A program made the position numbers and the translations under genes. A stretch of 63,710 nt of DNA, the filler included, from Nemertoderma westbladi (taxonomy: Eukaryota > Animalia > Xenacoelomorpha), in NCBI GenBank assembly GCA_032718475.1. It is 4 parts of 4 records of this genome, joined end to end, with 100 filler letters (N's around TTAATTAATTAA, not from the genome) between each part and the next. Parts side by side here need not be neighbours in the genome. Positions count along the whole stretch, not along the records: positions 1 to 19,376 come from JAUCBJ010007811.1; positions 19,477 to 50,547 come from JAUCBJ010006413.1; 2 more parts are not named here. One strand, 5' to 3'. Numbering within the stretch: position 1 is the first letter of the stretch; each line of letters opens with the position of its first letter. Below are positions 11,501-23,703 of the stretch, in pieces. The notes beneath the pieces are model-generated. The model was given only the letters and a program-made list of their open reading frames with translations. It did no database searches and was not told where the DNA came from.

Positions 11501-14500
11501 CAGCTATTGTAGGCCTGTACGACTGCGCTGTACTACCAGGCTACGGCTCAGTGTCGGCGTTGTCCAACCGAATGGAGGCATCAGACACTGGACAATGAAC
11601 CGGCCGTTTAGAGGCTGACCTACAACCTCGAAGGCAGAGCAGGGAGGAACGAAGCAACGCGAAGTTTAACTTGCGCCGGATCCACGTGACGCATTCCGAG
11701 TACCTGACCTCGCGTTTGTCCGCGAGCTTCTGTCCCAGGCGCTTAACAAACTGGCGCGTGGTCGGCGCCATCCCGCCAAAGGCCGAGAATATGAGGGGGA
11801 CGAAAGTAGAATGTTCCACCTCCCGTATCCTCTCCTCGTACTTAAGAATCTTACGATTCTCGTGGTGGAGGTGCGCTGCGTCTAGGGACATAGCCGCGTT
11901 CGTCGCCGCCAGCGGGTTAAACACGGACACGTCGATGAACGACCGCTGGAATCGGTTTTCATCGGAATCGGAATCATTTTCTTTTGACCTGGTAACTTTG
12001 TGGTGGAAGCCATTGTTGGTAAATCTGGTGATCAATCACATCACATGTCATTTTCTTTTGACCTGGTAACTTTGTGGTGGAAGCCATGGTTGGTAAATCT
12101 GGTGATCAATCACATCACATGTCATTTTCTTTTGACCTGGTAACTTTGTGGTGGAATCCATGGTTGGTAAATCTGGTAATCAATCACATCACATGTCATT
12201 TTCTTTTGACCTGGTAACTTTGTGGTGGAAGCCATGGTTGGTAAATCTGGTAATCAATCACATCACATGTCATTTTCTTTTGACCTGGTAACTTTGTGGT
12301 GGAAGCTATTGTTGGTAAATCTGGTAATCAATTACATGTCAGTTTCTTTTGACCTGGTAGCTTTGTGGTGGAAGCCATGGCTGGTAAATCTGGTAATCAA
12401 TCACATGTCATTTTCTTTTGACCTGGTAACTTTGTGGTGGAAGCCATGGTTGGTAAATCTGGTAATCAATCACATCACATGTCATTTTCTTTTTTCCTGG
12501 TTACTTTGTGGTGGAAGCCATTGTTGGTAAATCTGGTAATCAATTACATGTCAGTTTCTTTTGACCTGGTAGCTTTGTGGTGGAAGCCATTGTTGGTAAA
12601 TCTGGTAATCAATCACATGTCATTTTCATTTGACCTGGTAACTTTGTGGTGGAAGCCATGGTTGTTAAATCTGGTAATCAATCACATATCATTTTCTTTT
12701 GACCTGGTAACTTTGTGGTGGAAGCCATGGTTGGTAAATCTGGTAATCAATCACATCACATGTCATTTTCTTTTGACCTGGTAACTTTGTGGTGGAAGCC
12801 ATTGTTGGTAAATCTGGTAATCAATCGCATATAATTTTCTTTTGAACTGGTAACTTTGTGGTGGAAGCCATTGTTGGTAAATCTGGTAATCAATCACATG
12901 TCATTTTCATTTGACCTGGTAACTTTGTGGTGGAAGCCATGGTTGTTAAATCTGGTAATCAATTACATGTCAGTTTCTTTTGACCTGGTAGCTTTGTGGT
13001 GGAAGCCATGGCTGGTAAATCTGGTAATCAATCACATATCATTTTCTTTTGACCTGGTAACTTTGTGGTGGAAGCCATGGTTGTTAAATCTGGTAATCAA
13101 TCACATCACATGTCATTTTCTTTTGACCTGGTAACTTTGTGGTGGAAGCCATTGTTGGTAAATCTGGTAATCAATCACATATCATTTTCATTTGACCAGG
13201 TAACTTTGCGGTGGAAGCCATTGTTGGTAAATCTGGTAATCAATCACATATCATTTTCTTTTGACCTGGTAACTTTGTGGTGGAAGCCATGGTTGGTAAA
13301 TCTGGTAATCAATCACATCACATGTCATTTTGTTTTGACCTGGTAACTTTGTGGTGGAAGCCATGGTTGGTAAATCTGGTAATCAATCACATCACATGTC
13401 ATTTTCTTTTGACCTGGTAAGTTTGTGGTGGAAGCCATTGTTGGTAAATCTGGTAATCAATTACATGTCAGTTTCTTTTGACCTGGTAGCTTTGTGGTGG
13501 AAGCCATGGCTGGTAAATCTGGTAATCAATCACATGTCATTTTCTTTTGACCTGGTAACTTTGTGGTGGAAGCCATGGTTGGTAAATCTGGTAATCAATC
13601 ACATCACATATCATTTTCTTTTGACCTGGTAACTTTGTGGTGGAAGCCATGGTTGGTAAATCTGGTAATCAATCACATCACATGTCATTTTCTTTTGTCC
13701 TGGTAACTTTGTGGTGGAAGCCATTGTTGGTAAATCTGGTAATCAATTACATGTCAGTTTCTTTTGACCTGGTAGCTTTGTGGTGGAAGCCATGGCTGAT
13801 AAATCTGGTAATCAATCACATGTCATTTTATTTTGACCTGGTAACTTTGTGGTGGAAGTCATGGTTGGTAAATCTGGTAATCAATCACATCACATGTCAT
13901 TTTCGATTTTCTTTCGACCTGGTAACTTTGTGGTGGAAGCCATGGTTAGTAAATCTGGTAATCAATATCACATGTCCTACATTATTCCTTTGACCTGGTA
14001 ACTTTGTGGTGGAAGCCATTGTTGGTAAATCTGGTAATCAATCACATGTCATTTTATTTTGACCTGGTAACTTTGTGGTGGAAGCCATTGTTGGTAAATC
14101 TGGTAATCAATCACATCACATGTCATTTTCTTTTGACCTGGTAACTTTGTGGTGGAAGCCATGGTTAGTAAATCTGGTAATCAATCACATGTCCTACAGT
14201 ATTCCTTTGACCTGGTAACTTTGTGGTGGAAGCCATTGTTGGTAAATCTGGTAATCAATCACATCACATGTCATTTTCTTTTGACCTGGTAACTTTGTGG
14301 TGGAAGCCATGGTTAGTAAATCTGGTAATCAATCACATGTCCTACAGTATTCCTTTGACCTGGTAACTTTGTGGTGGAAGCCATGGTTAGTAAATCTGGT
14401 AATCAATCACATGTCCTACAGTATTCCTTTGACCTGGTAACTTTGTGGTGGAAGCCATGGTTGGTAAATCTGGTAATCATCACATGTCATTTTCATTTGA

Positions 14501-17500
14501 CCTGGTAACTTTGTGGTGGCGGAAGCCCTTGTTGGTAAATCTGGTAATCAATCACATATCATTTTCATTTGACCAGGTAACTTTGTGGTGGAAGCCATTG
14601 TTGGTAAATCTGGTAATCAATCACATATCATTTTCTTTTGACCTGGTAACTTTGTGGTGGTAGCCATGGTTGGTAAATCTGGTAATCAATCACATCATAT
14701 GTCATTTTCTTTTGACCTGGTAACTTTGTGGTGGAAGCCATTGTTGGTAAATCTGGTAATCAATCACATGTCATTTTCATTTGACCTGGTAACTTTGTGG
14801 TGGCGGAAGTCCTTGTTGGTAAATCTGGTAATCAATCACATATCATTTTCATTTGACCAGGTAACTTTGTGGTGGAAGCCATTGTTGGTAAATCTGGTAA
14901 TCAATCACATATCATTTTCTTTTGACCTGGTAACTTTGTGGTGGAAGCCATTGTTGGTAAATCTGGTGATCAATCACATCACATGTCATTTTCTTTTGAC
15001 CTGGTAACTTTGTGGTGGAAGCCATGGTTGGTAAATCTGGTGATCAATCACATCACATGTCATTTTCTTTTGACCTGGTAACTTTGTGGTGGAATCCATG
15101 GTTGGTAAATCTGGTAATCAATCACATCACATGTCATTTTCTTTTGACCTGGTAACTTTGTGGTGGAAGCCATGGTTGGTAAATCTGGTAATCAATCACA
15201 TCACATGTCATTTTCTTTTGACCTGGTAACTTTGTGGTGGAAGCTATTGTTGGTAAATCTGGTAATCAATTACATGTCAGTTTCTTTTGACCTGGTAGCT
15301 TTGTGGTGGAAGCCATGGCTGGTAAATCTGGTAATCAATCACATGTCATTTTCTTTTGACCTGGTAACTTTGTGGTGGAAGCCATGGTTGGTAAATCTGG
15401 TAATCAATCACATCACATGTCATTTTCTTTTGACCTGGTAACTTTGTGGTGGAAGCCATGGTTGGTAAATCTGGTAATCAATCACATCACATGTCATTTT
15501 CTTTTGTCCTGGTTACTTTGTGGTGGAAGCCATTGTTGGTAAATCTGGTAATCAATTACATGTCAGTTTCTTTTGACCTGGTAGCTTTGTGGTGGAAGCC
15601 ATTGTTGGTAAATCTGGTAATCAATCACATGTCATTTTCATTTGACCTGGTAACTTTGTGGTGGAAGCCATGGTTGTTAAATCTGGTAATCAATTACATG
15701 TCAGTTTCTTTTGACCTGGTAGCTTTGTGGTGGAAGCCATGGCTGGTAAATCTGGTAATCAATCACATGTCATTTTCTTTTGACCTGGTAACTTTGTGGT
15801 GGAAGCCATGGTTGGTAAATCTGGTAATCAATCACATCACATGTCATTTTCTTTTGACCTGGTAACTTTGTGGTGGAAGCCATGGTTGGTAAATCTGGTA
15901 ATCAATCACATCACATGTCAGTTTCTTTTGACCTGGTAACTTTGTGGTGGAAGCCATGGTTGGTAAATCTGGTAATCAATCACATCACATGTCATTTTCG
16001 ATTTTCTTTCGACCTGGTAACTTTGTGGTGGAAGCCATGGTTAGTAAATCTGGTAATCAATATCACATGTCCTACATTATTCCTTTGACCTGGTAACTTT
16101 GTGGTGGAAGCCATTGTTGGTAAATCTGGTAATCAATCACATGTCATTTTCTTTTGACCTGGTAACTTTGTGGTGGAAGCCATTGTTGGTAAATCTGGTA
16201 ATCAATCACATCACATGTCATTTTCGATTTTCTTTCGACCTGGTAACTTTGTGGTGGAAGCCATGGTTAGTAAATCTGGTAATCAATATCACATGTCCTA
16301 CATTATTCCTTTGACCTGGTAACTTTGTGGTGGAAGCCATTGTTGGTAAATCTGGTAATCAATCACATGTCATTTTCTTTTGACCTGGTAACTTTGTGGT
16401 GGAAGCCATGGTTGGAAAATCTGGTAATCAATTACATGTCAGTTTCTTTTGACCTGGTAGCTTTGTGGTGGAAGCCATGGCTGGTAAATCTGGTAATCAA
16501 TCACATGACATTTTATTTTGACCTGGTAACTTTGTGGTGGAAACCATTGTTGGTAAATCTGGTAATCAATCACATCACATGTCATTTTCTTTTGACTTGG
16601 TAACTTTGTGGTTGAAGTCATGGTTGGTAAATCTGGTAATCAATCACATGTCCTACAGTATTCCTTTGACCTGGTAACTTTATGGTGGAAGCCATGGTTG
16701 GTAAATCTGGTTATCAATCACATGTCATTTTCTTTTGACCTGGTAACTTTGTGGTGGAAACCATGGTTGGTAAATCTGGTAATCAATCACATGTCATTTT
16801 CTTTTGACCTGGTAACTTTGTGGTGGAAGCCATGGTTGGTAAATCTGGTAATCAATCACATGTCCTACAGTATTCCTTTGACCTGGTAACTTTATTGTGG
16901 AAGCCATGGTTGGTAAATCTGGTGATCAATCACATGTCCTATTCCTTTGACCTGGTAACTTTGTGGTTGAAGCCATGGTTGGTAAATCTGGTAATCAATC
17001 ACATGTCCTACAGTATTCCTTTGACCTGGTAACTTTATGGTGGAAGCCATGGTTGGTAAATCTGGTAATCAATCACATGTCATTTTCTTTTGACCTGGTA
17101 ACTTTGTGGTGGAAGCCATGGTTGGTAAATCTGGTAATCAATCACATGTCCTATTCCTTTGACCTGGTAACTTTGTGGTGGAAGCCATGGTTGGTAAATC
17201 TGGTAATCAATCACATGTCCTATTCCTTTGACCTGGTAACTTTGTGGTGGAAGCCATGGTTGGTAAATCTGGTAATCAATCACATGTCCTATTCCTTTGA
17301 CCTGGTAACTTTGTGGTGGAAGCCATGGTTGGTAAATCTAGTAATCAATCATATGTCCTACAGTATTGCTTTGACCTGGTAACTTTGTGGTGGAAGCCAT
17401 AGTTGGTAAATCTGGTAATCAATCACATGTCAATTTCTTTTGACCTGGTAACTTGTGGTGGAAGCCATGGTTGATAAATCTGGTAATCAATTACATGTCC

Positions 17501-17723
17501 TACAGTATTTCTTTTACCTGGTAACTTTGTGGTGGAAGCCATGGTTGGTAAATCTGGTAATCAATCATATGTCCTACAGTATTGCTTTGACCTGGTAACT
17601 TTGTGGTGGAAGCCATGGTTGGAAAATCTGCAGTCCTGTTCCTTTGACCTGGTAACTTTGTGGTGGAAGCCATGGTTGGTAAATCTGGTAATCAATCACA
17701 TGTCGTATTCCTTTGACCTGGTA
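2578..17723. repeat. 69-bp satellite array (~200 monomers; 69/74/80-bp variants)
   Basis: Consensus GACCTGGTAACTTTGTGGTGGAAGCCATGGTTGGTAAATCTGGTAATCAATCACATGTCATTTTCTTTT. Variants include +ATCAC and CCTACAGTATTCC. Monomers are more degenerate at the right edge. Confidence 0.98.
11318..11972 (-). mobile_element. 5'-truncated CRE-like (restriction-like endonuclease) non-LTR retrotransposon
   Basis: Minus-strand ORF tail FIDVSVFNPLA..HENRKILKYEERIREVEHSTFVPLIFSAFGGM..WIRRKLNFALLRSSLLCLRG (stop 11541) resembles the RLE C-terminus of CRE-like elements. It has a 3' UTR, a poly(A) tail (T-run to 11327) and TSD ATCATTTTCTTTT at 11305-11317 and 11973-11985. Confidence 0.88.
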
Positions 17724-18318
17724 CAGTAACTTCCAATAACTTGAAGTGATGGACGGTGCCTAGCGATGATTTTAAATCTAATCTCCCGTAATCAATACAG
17801 ATTGGAATACAGTACCGGTATTTCTGGTGGAAATACAGCTGAATACATATATTTATCAATGTCCTCATCATGAATTTAATTAATTGTAGTGTCAATAGAC
17901 GCGCAAGACTCTCCGCTTTCAATTGATAAGCCACGTGTGAAATGATTGAGATTTAATGTGTATTTGAATCGATCGAAAATCTCTCTCCATATAAACCAAG
18001 ATAAAAAATTATCAGGTCACTGTGTAATGACGTCAAATATGTAGCAGCCAAACACAGCCGATTTTCAAAATTGGGCTCCCGCGCTTACTTAAACCGGCCA
18101 TTTTGACCTATTCCTCGTGTTTTTACAAAAAACACACCCCGCCACTCGATTCAGGACACCTTTCTACCCCTTATTCAATTGTTTCTAGTCCAAAATTTTT
18201 TTCGCGCACCAACCACCAAAACCCTATTCATTTATTTCAATATTACCATCTGATAATAAGGTAACCAAGGCGTCCTAAACGCTAGGCCGTGCAGCTTAAA
18301 TTTCTACACCTTTTCAAG

Positions 18319-18595
18319 ATGTAATTCAGAAAGCGTAATATGTAATTCAGAACCGTAATATGTAATTCAGAAAGTGTAATATGTAATTCAGAACCGTAAT
18401 ATGTAAATCAGAAAGCGTAATATGTAATTCAGAACCGTAATATGTAATTCAGAAAGTGTAATATGTAATTCAGAACCGTAATATGTAAATCAGAAAGCGT
18501 AATATGTAATTCAGAACCGTAATATGTAATTCAGAAAGTGTAATATGTAATTCAGAACCGTAATATGTAAATCAGAAAGCGTAATATGTAATTCA
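18319..18595. repeat. 20/21-bp minisatellite with 82-bp higher-order period
   Basis: Alternating ATGTAATTCAGAAAG(C/T)GTAAT and ATGTAATTCAGAACCGTAAT units; the AAATCAG variant recurs every fourth unit. Confidence 0.93.
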
Positions 18596-18724
18596 TAATT
18601 TATTCACCTACCTTCCCCAATCTACCCACGTAGTTAACTTCCTAACTCGAGGATGAAAAATTCAACTGTGAATGCAATTTAATGCATTTTTATTTTGTTG
18701 TTCCAAAGAATACCAACAAAATTT

Positions 18725-19005
18725 AAATATTATACACTATTCTAGAATATATATAAAATAAAAAATATAATGTTCTAGAACATATAGCTAGGTATTTTTC
18801 AAATTTAAAATTGCCAGTTATTTAAATGCGAAATGGGTGGGGGGTGCGAAATGCACAAAAGTAAAATCAAGTCAATTAAAAGACAGATACGGAGAAAAAT
18901 AAGAAAAATATACGACGCTAGAGCTTTGTATGAGGAGTGCATTAAATATGAAGATAAATTATCCGAAAAACTGACAGAATTCACTTGGAGGCGACAGATA
19001 AGAAA
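18725..19005. repeat. Dispersed repeat fragment related (inverted) to 29665-29945
   Basis: Shared blocks, e.g. ACGCTAGAGCTTTGT..GGAGTGCATTAAA..GAAGATAAATT..CCGAAAAACTGACAGAAT, are reverse-complemented at ~29670-29765. Confidence 0.7.
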
Positions 19006-19080
19006 ATATTAAGGTAGGGGGGGGGGGGGGGGGGGGGGGGGTGGTTGCGATCTTTTTCAGGTGATCAAAGTAGTATTATA

Positions 19081-19136
19081 GCCAAATATTTCAACCAATG
19101 TATATTATATATATACTAACAGGTCTTCATCAGTGG
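19081..19136 (-). ncRNA. Second minimal hammerhead-like motif (inverted copy)
   Basis: Reverse complement reads CCA-CUGAUGA-A-GACC..GGUU-GAAA-UAUU-UGGC with a shorter stem II loop. Confidence 0.45.
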
Positions 19137-19270
19137 TGGTTCAGAGGCCTCATTTTTCACACAGTCAGAAAGGTGACCACTACCGGTAACTCCATTTTTC
19201 ATTTTGTGCTTACTCCTGTGCTAGTAGTTCTTAATTATTAATTTCTTAGTCAGGAGATCGTTTCTGAACC

Positions 19271-19341
19271 GCCACTGATGAAGACCTGTTTTGTATGTAT
19301 ATAATATTATATTATAATATACATTGGTTGAAATATTTGGC
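19271..19341 (+). ncRNA. Minimal type I hammerhead ribozyme-like motif
   Basis: GCCA-CUGAUGA-A-GACC[AT-rich loop]GGUU-GAAA-UAUU-UGGC: stem I GCCA/UGGC, stem II GACC/GGUU, palindromic minimal stem III. Activity is untested. Confidence 0.5.
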
Positions 19342-19376
19342 TATAATACTACTTTGATCACCGGAAAAAGATCGCA

Positions 19377-19476
19377 NNNNNNNNNNNNNNNNNNNNNNNN
19401 NNNNNNNNNNNNNNNNNNNNTTAATTAATTAANNNNNNNNNNNNNNNNNNNNNNNNNNNNNNNNNNNNNNNNNNNN
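19377..19476. other. Artificial contig linker / assembly gap
   Basis: 100 bp: Ns flanking TTAATTAATTAA (stop codons in all six frames). Confidence 0.97.
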
Positions 19477-19570
19477 TGACTGTTTAGTGTTTAGGTTTAG
19501 TTAGATAAATATTGATTTAAGTTATATGATTTAATTAATATAATAACAACTTATTATTGATGATTTTCAA

Positions 19571-22500
19571 GGGTCAGAGTAAAACGCGGATCCGGATCAG
19601 GATCCGGATTCTATCATTTAACATTGTCCCTATGGAAGTCGACTGAATTTACATTTTTAGGGTGTAATCTGCGGATCCGTGCACTGCTAAATTTACCGAA
19701 TCCGTAACCGAGTGTAAAATGCGGATTGGCCTTTTTTCAGATCCGGAAAGGAGTGTAAAGCGCGGATTCATGTTTTAGGCTAAATCCTGAACGGAGTGTA
19801 AAATGCGGATTCATATTTCTACTGAATCCGGGATTGGGTGTAAAATACGGATTCAGGTTTATTACAAAGTGTTATTGGATCCGGGAAGGGGTGTAAAACG
19901 CGGATTCAAGTTAATTACCAAGTTTTATTGGATCCGGGAAGGGGTGTAAAATGCGGATTCAAGTTAATTACCATGTTTTATTGGATCCGGGAAGGGGTGT
20001 AAAACACGGATTTACGTTAATTACCAAGTTTTATTGGATCCGGAATGGAGTGTAAAACACGGATTTACGTTAATTGCCAATTTTTATTGGATCCGGAATG
20101 GAGTGTAAAACACGGATTTACGTTAATTACCAATTTTTATTGGATCCGGAATGGAGTGTAAAACACGGATTTTCGTGAATTACCAAGTTTTGTTGGATCC
20201 GGAATGGAGTGTAAAACACGGATTTACGTTAATTACCAAGTTTTATTGGATCCGGAATGGAGTGTAAAACACGGATTTACGTTAATTGCCAAGTTTTATT
20301 GGATCCGGAATGGAGTGTAAAACACGGATTTTCGTTAATTACCAAGTTTTATTGGATCCGGAATGGAGTGTAAAACACGGATTTTCGTTAATTACCAAGT
20401 TTTGTTGGATCCGGAATGGAGTGTAAAACACGGATTTACGTTAATTACCAAGTTTTGATTGGATCCGGAATGGAGTGTAAAACACGGATTTACGTTAATT
20501 ACCAAGTTTTATTGGATCCGGAATGGAGTGTAAAACACGGATTTTCGTTAATTACCAAGTTTTATTGGATCCGGAATGGAGTGTAAAACACGGATTTTCG
20601 TTAATTACCAAGTTTTGTTGGATCCGGAATGGAGTGTAAAACACGGATTTACGTTAATTACCAAGTTTTAATGGATCCGGGAATGGGTGTAAAACGCGGA
20701 TTATAGTTAATTACAAAGTTTTATTGGATCTGGGAAGGGGTGTAAAACGCGGATACAAGTTAATTACCAAGTTTTATTGGATCCGGGAAGGGGTGTAAAA
20801 CACGGATTCAAGTGAATTAGTAAGTTTTAATTAATAATTTGTAAAACGCATATACAATAATGACCCAGACCCTCATCTAGTTACAATTATGTAATTATAA
20901 TTGTTTACTAACGTAAATCCGTGTTTTACACTCCATTCCGGATCCAACAAAACTTGGTAATTAACGAAAATCCGTGTTTTACACTCCATTCCGGATCCAA
21001 CAAAACTTGGTAATTAACGAAAATCCGTGTTTTACAATCCATTCCGGATCCAACAAAACTTGATAATTAACGAAAATCCGTGTTTTACACTCCATTCCGG
21101 GTCCAATAAAACTTGGTAATTAACGAAAATCCGTGTTTTACACTCCATTCCGGATCCAACAAAACTTGTGTAATTAAACGTAGAAATCCGTGTTTTACAC
21201 TCCATTCCGGATCCAACAAAACTTGGTAATTAACGAAAATCCGTGTTTTACACTCCATTCCGGATCCAACAAAACTTGGTAATTAACGAAAATCCGTGTT
21301 TTACACTCCATTCCGGATCCAACAAAACTTGGTAATTAACGAAAATCCGTGTTTTACACTCCATTCCGGATCCAACAAAACTTGGTAATTAACGTAAATC
21401 CGTGTTTTACACTCCATTCCGGATCCAACAAAACTTGGTAATTAACGAAAATCCGTGTTTTACACTCCATTCCGGATCCAACAAAACTTGGTAATTAACG
21501 AAAATCCGTGTTTTACACTCCATTCCGGATCCAACAAAACTTGGTAATTAACGAAAATCCGTGTTTTACACTCCATTCCGGATCCAACAAAACTTGGTAA
21601 TTAACGAAAATCCGTGTTTTACACTCCATTCCGGATCCAACAAAACTTGGTAATTAACGAAAATCCGTGTTTTACACTCCATTCCGGATCCAACAAAACT
21701 TGGTAATTAACGAAAATCCGTGTTTTACACTCCATTCCGGATCCAACAAAACTTGGTAATTAACGAAAATCCGTGTTTTACACTCCATTCCGGATCCAAC
21801 AAAACTTGGTAATTAACGAAAATCCGTGTTTTACACTCCATTCCGGATCCAACAAAACTTGGTAATTAACGAAAATCCGTGTTTTACACTCCATTCCGGA
21901 TCCAACAAAACTTGGTAATTAACGAAAATCCGTGTTTTACACTCCATTCCGGATCCAACAAAACTTGGTAATTAACGAAAATCCGTGTTTTACACTCCAT
22001 TCCGGATCCAATAAAACTTGGTAATTAACGTAAATCCGTGTTTTACACTCCATTCCGGATCCAACAAAACTTGGTAATTAACGAAAATCCGTGTTTTACA
22101 CTCCATTCCGGATCCAACAAAACTTGGTAATTAACGAAAATCCGTGTTTTACACTCCATTCCGGATCCAACAAAACTTGGTAATTAACGAAAATCCGTGT
22201 TTTACACTCCATTCCGGATCCAACAAAACTTGGTAATTAACGTAAATCCGTGTTTTACACTCCATTCCGGATCCAACAAAACTTGGTAATTAACGAAAAT
22301 CCGTGTTTTACACTCCATTCCGGATCCAACAAAACTTGGTAATTAACGAAAATCCGTGTTTTACACTCCATTCCGGATCCAATAAAACTTGGTAATTAAC
22401 GTAAATCCGTGTTTTACACTCCATTCCGGATCCAACAAAACTTGGTAATTAACGAAAATCCGTGTTTTACACTCCATTCCGGATCCAATAAAACTTGGTA

Positions 22501-22776
22501 ATTAACGTAAATCCGTGTTTTACACTTCCGATTCCGGAATCCAGATAAAACTTGGTAATTAACGTAAATCCGTGTTTTACACTCCATTCCGGATTCACAA
22601 AATATATGAATCCGCGTTTTACACTGCAATACGGATTGCGTATTTCAGAATCCGCATATTACACTCAGTTACGGATTGTATGTAAATCCGGATCCGCCTT
22701 TTACACTCGCAAATCCGGGTCCTGATCCGTATCCGGATCCTGAATCCGGATCCGGATCCGCGTTTTACACCTACCC
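19571..22776. mobile_element. Foldback-type non-autonomous DNA transposon (Mutator/FB-like) with 53-bp tandem-repeat arms
   Basis: Termini read GGGTCAGAGTAAAACGCGGATCCGGATC and, reverse-complemented, GGGTAGGTGTAAAACGCGGATCCGGATC. 9-bp TSD GATTTTCAA at 19562-19570 and 22777-22785. The 53-bp unit GGATCCGGAATGGAGTGTAAAACACGGATTTACGTTAATTACCAAGTTTTATT runs forward to ~20830 and inverted from ~20905. Confidence 0.9.
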
Positions 22777-23578
22777 GATTTTCAAGCTTACATCAAGAAT
22801 TATTATTGTAGTGGGAGGAGGCAGAACCAGACAGTCTAGTAAAACAGTCTAACTCCAAAATAAAATATATAAAACAGTCTAAAACTAATGGAATAATGGA
22901 AAAAGTGACAAAAGTTATGAGTCGCTGAATACTATGATAGGAATATAAGTTTCATGAAATTAATAAAATTTTAAATTTCAAAAATTTCATTGAAATATTT
23001 CACGTGAAATAATAATCAAGTTAAACCCTACATAGACCCCCACCTCAGTCACATTAGACAATTTGTAATACCCCCCGTCCCGACAAAAACATATTTTATT
23101 GTAATAATACACAATGTTTGTTACGCAAGCTCTACCCCCCCCCCCCTAGTGCGGGACATACTTTATGAACGCCCCCCTTATACTGGGTACCAGGATATGG
23201 CAGCTCCAGCTAGAATCCTAAAGTATTCTACATTTCCCGACATATATACGACTTTATATCTTACAGTTTATTATAAAGGCCTGTAATTCTAGGAAATTTA
23301 CTTGGCCATGAAGATGACATTTGCTTCATCCCCATCACTAAAACAACATTACAGGGAACTATTCATATCATCGACATATAAATATATTTACTGTAGAGTT
23401 TGTATGTACTGTAGTTTAGGTAGAATTTAGCAAAGTTGTTTTACTTGTAATGTATTTAACTTATATTTGAAAAATCTATATTTTGAATATATTTGATTAT
23501 AATAATTATTAAATACAAAAAATAATCAAAGCATTATCAACCCCCCCCCCCCCCCCCCCCCCCCACCCCATAACTTAC

Positions 23579-23703
23579 CTGCTGATATGCGTGATCCTTC
23601 CCTAATGGCAATGGCCCTAGCGGAGCAACCCCAAGTAACGGTGGGATTATTACTGTTTCTCCCATAGGATTGTGTCTTTCCTCTCGTCTCTCAACAAGTA
23701 GAG
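23579..23703 (-). CDS. CNOT3: CNOT3 exon 11
   Basis: ag|[29 protein letters not shown]|gtaagt; conserved motif preceding the NOT box. Confidence 0.9.

Larger units (their letters stand above)
19046..19376. repeat. ~100-bp-arm inverted repeat, probable Penelope-like LTR fragments
   Basis: TGCGATCTTTTT..GGTTCAGA (19046-19145) is mirrored at 19263-19376. Each arm carries a hammerhead-like core. Confidence 0.8.

Noticed and set aside
2578-17723. CRISPR-like array (also considered for the 53-, 46-, 27- and 17-bp arrays)
   Set aside because: Units are contiguous with no unique spacers, there are no cas genes, and the context is eukaryotic.
2673-17729. Dozens of WWKP-repeat ORFs in the ORF track
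   Set aside because: They are translations of the 69-bp (3n) satellite. Frequent 74/80-bp variants shift the frame freely, so there is no sign of coding constraint.
17692-17934. Possible exon or ORF at the right satellite edge
   Set aside because: No recognisable homology and a weak donor (gtcaaa).
19421-19432. TTAATTAATTAA motif repeated three times in the window
   Set aside because: It sits inside N-runs of identical length, so it is an assembly linker and not biology.
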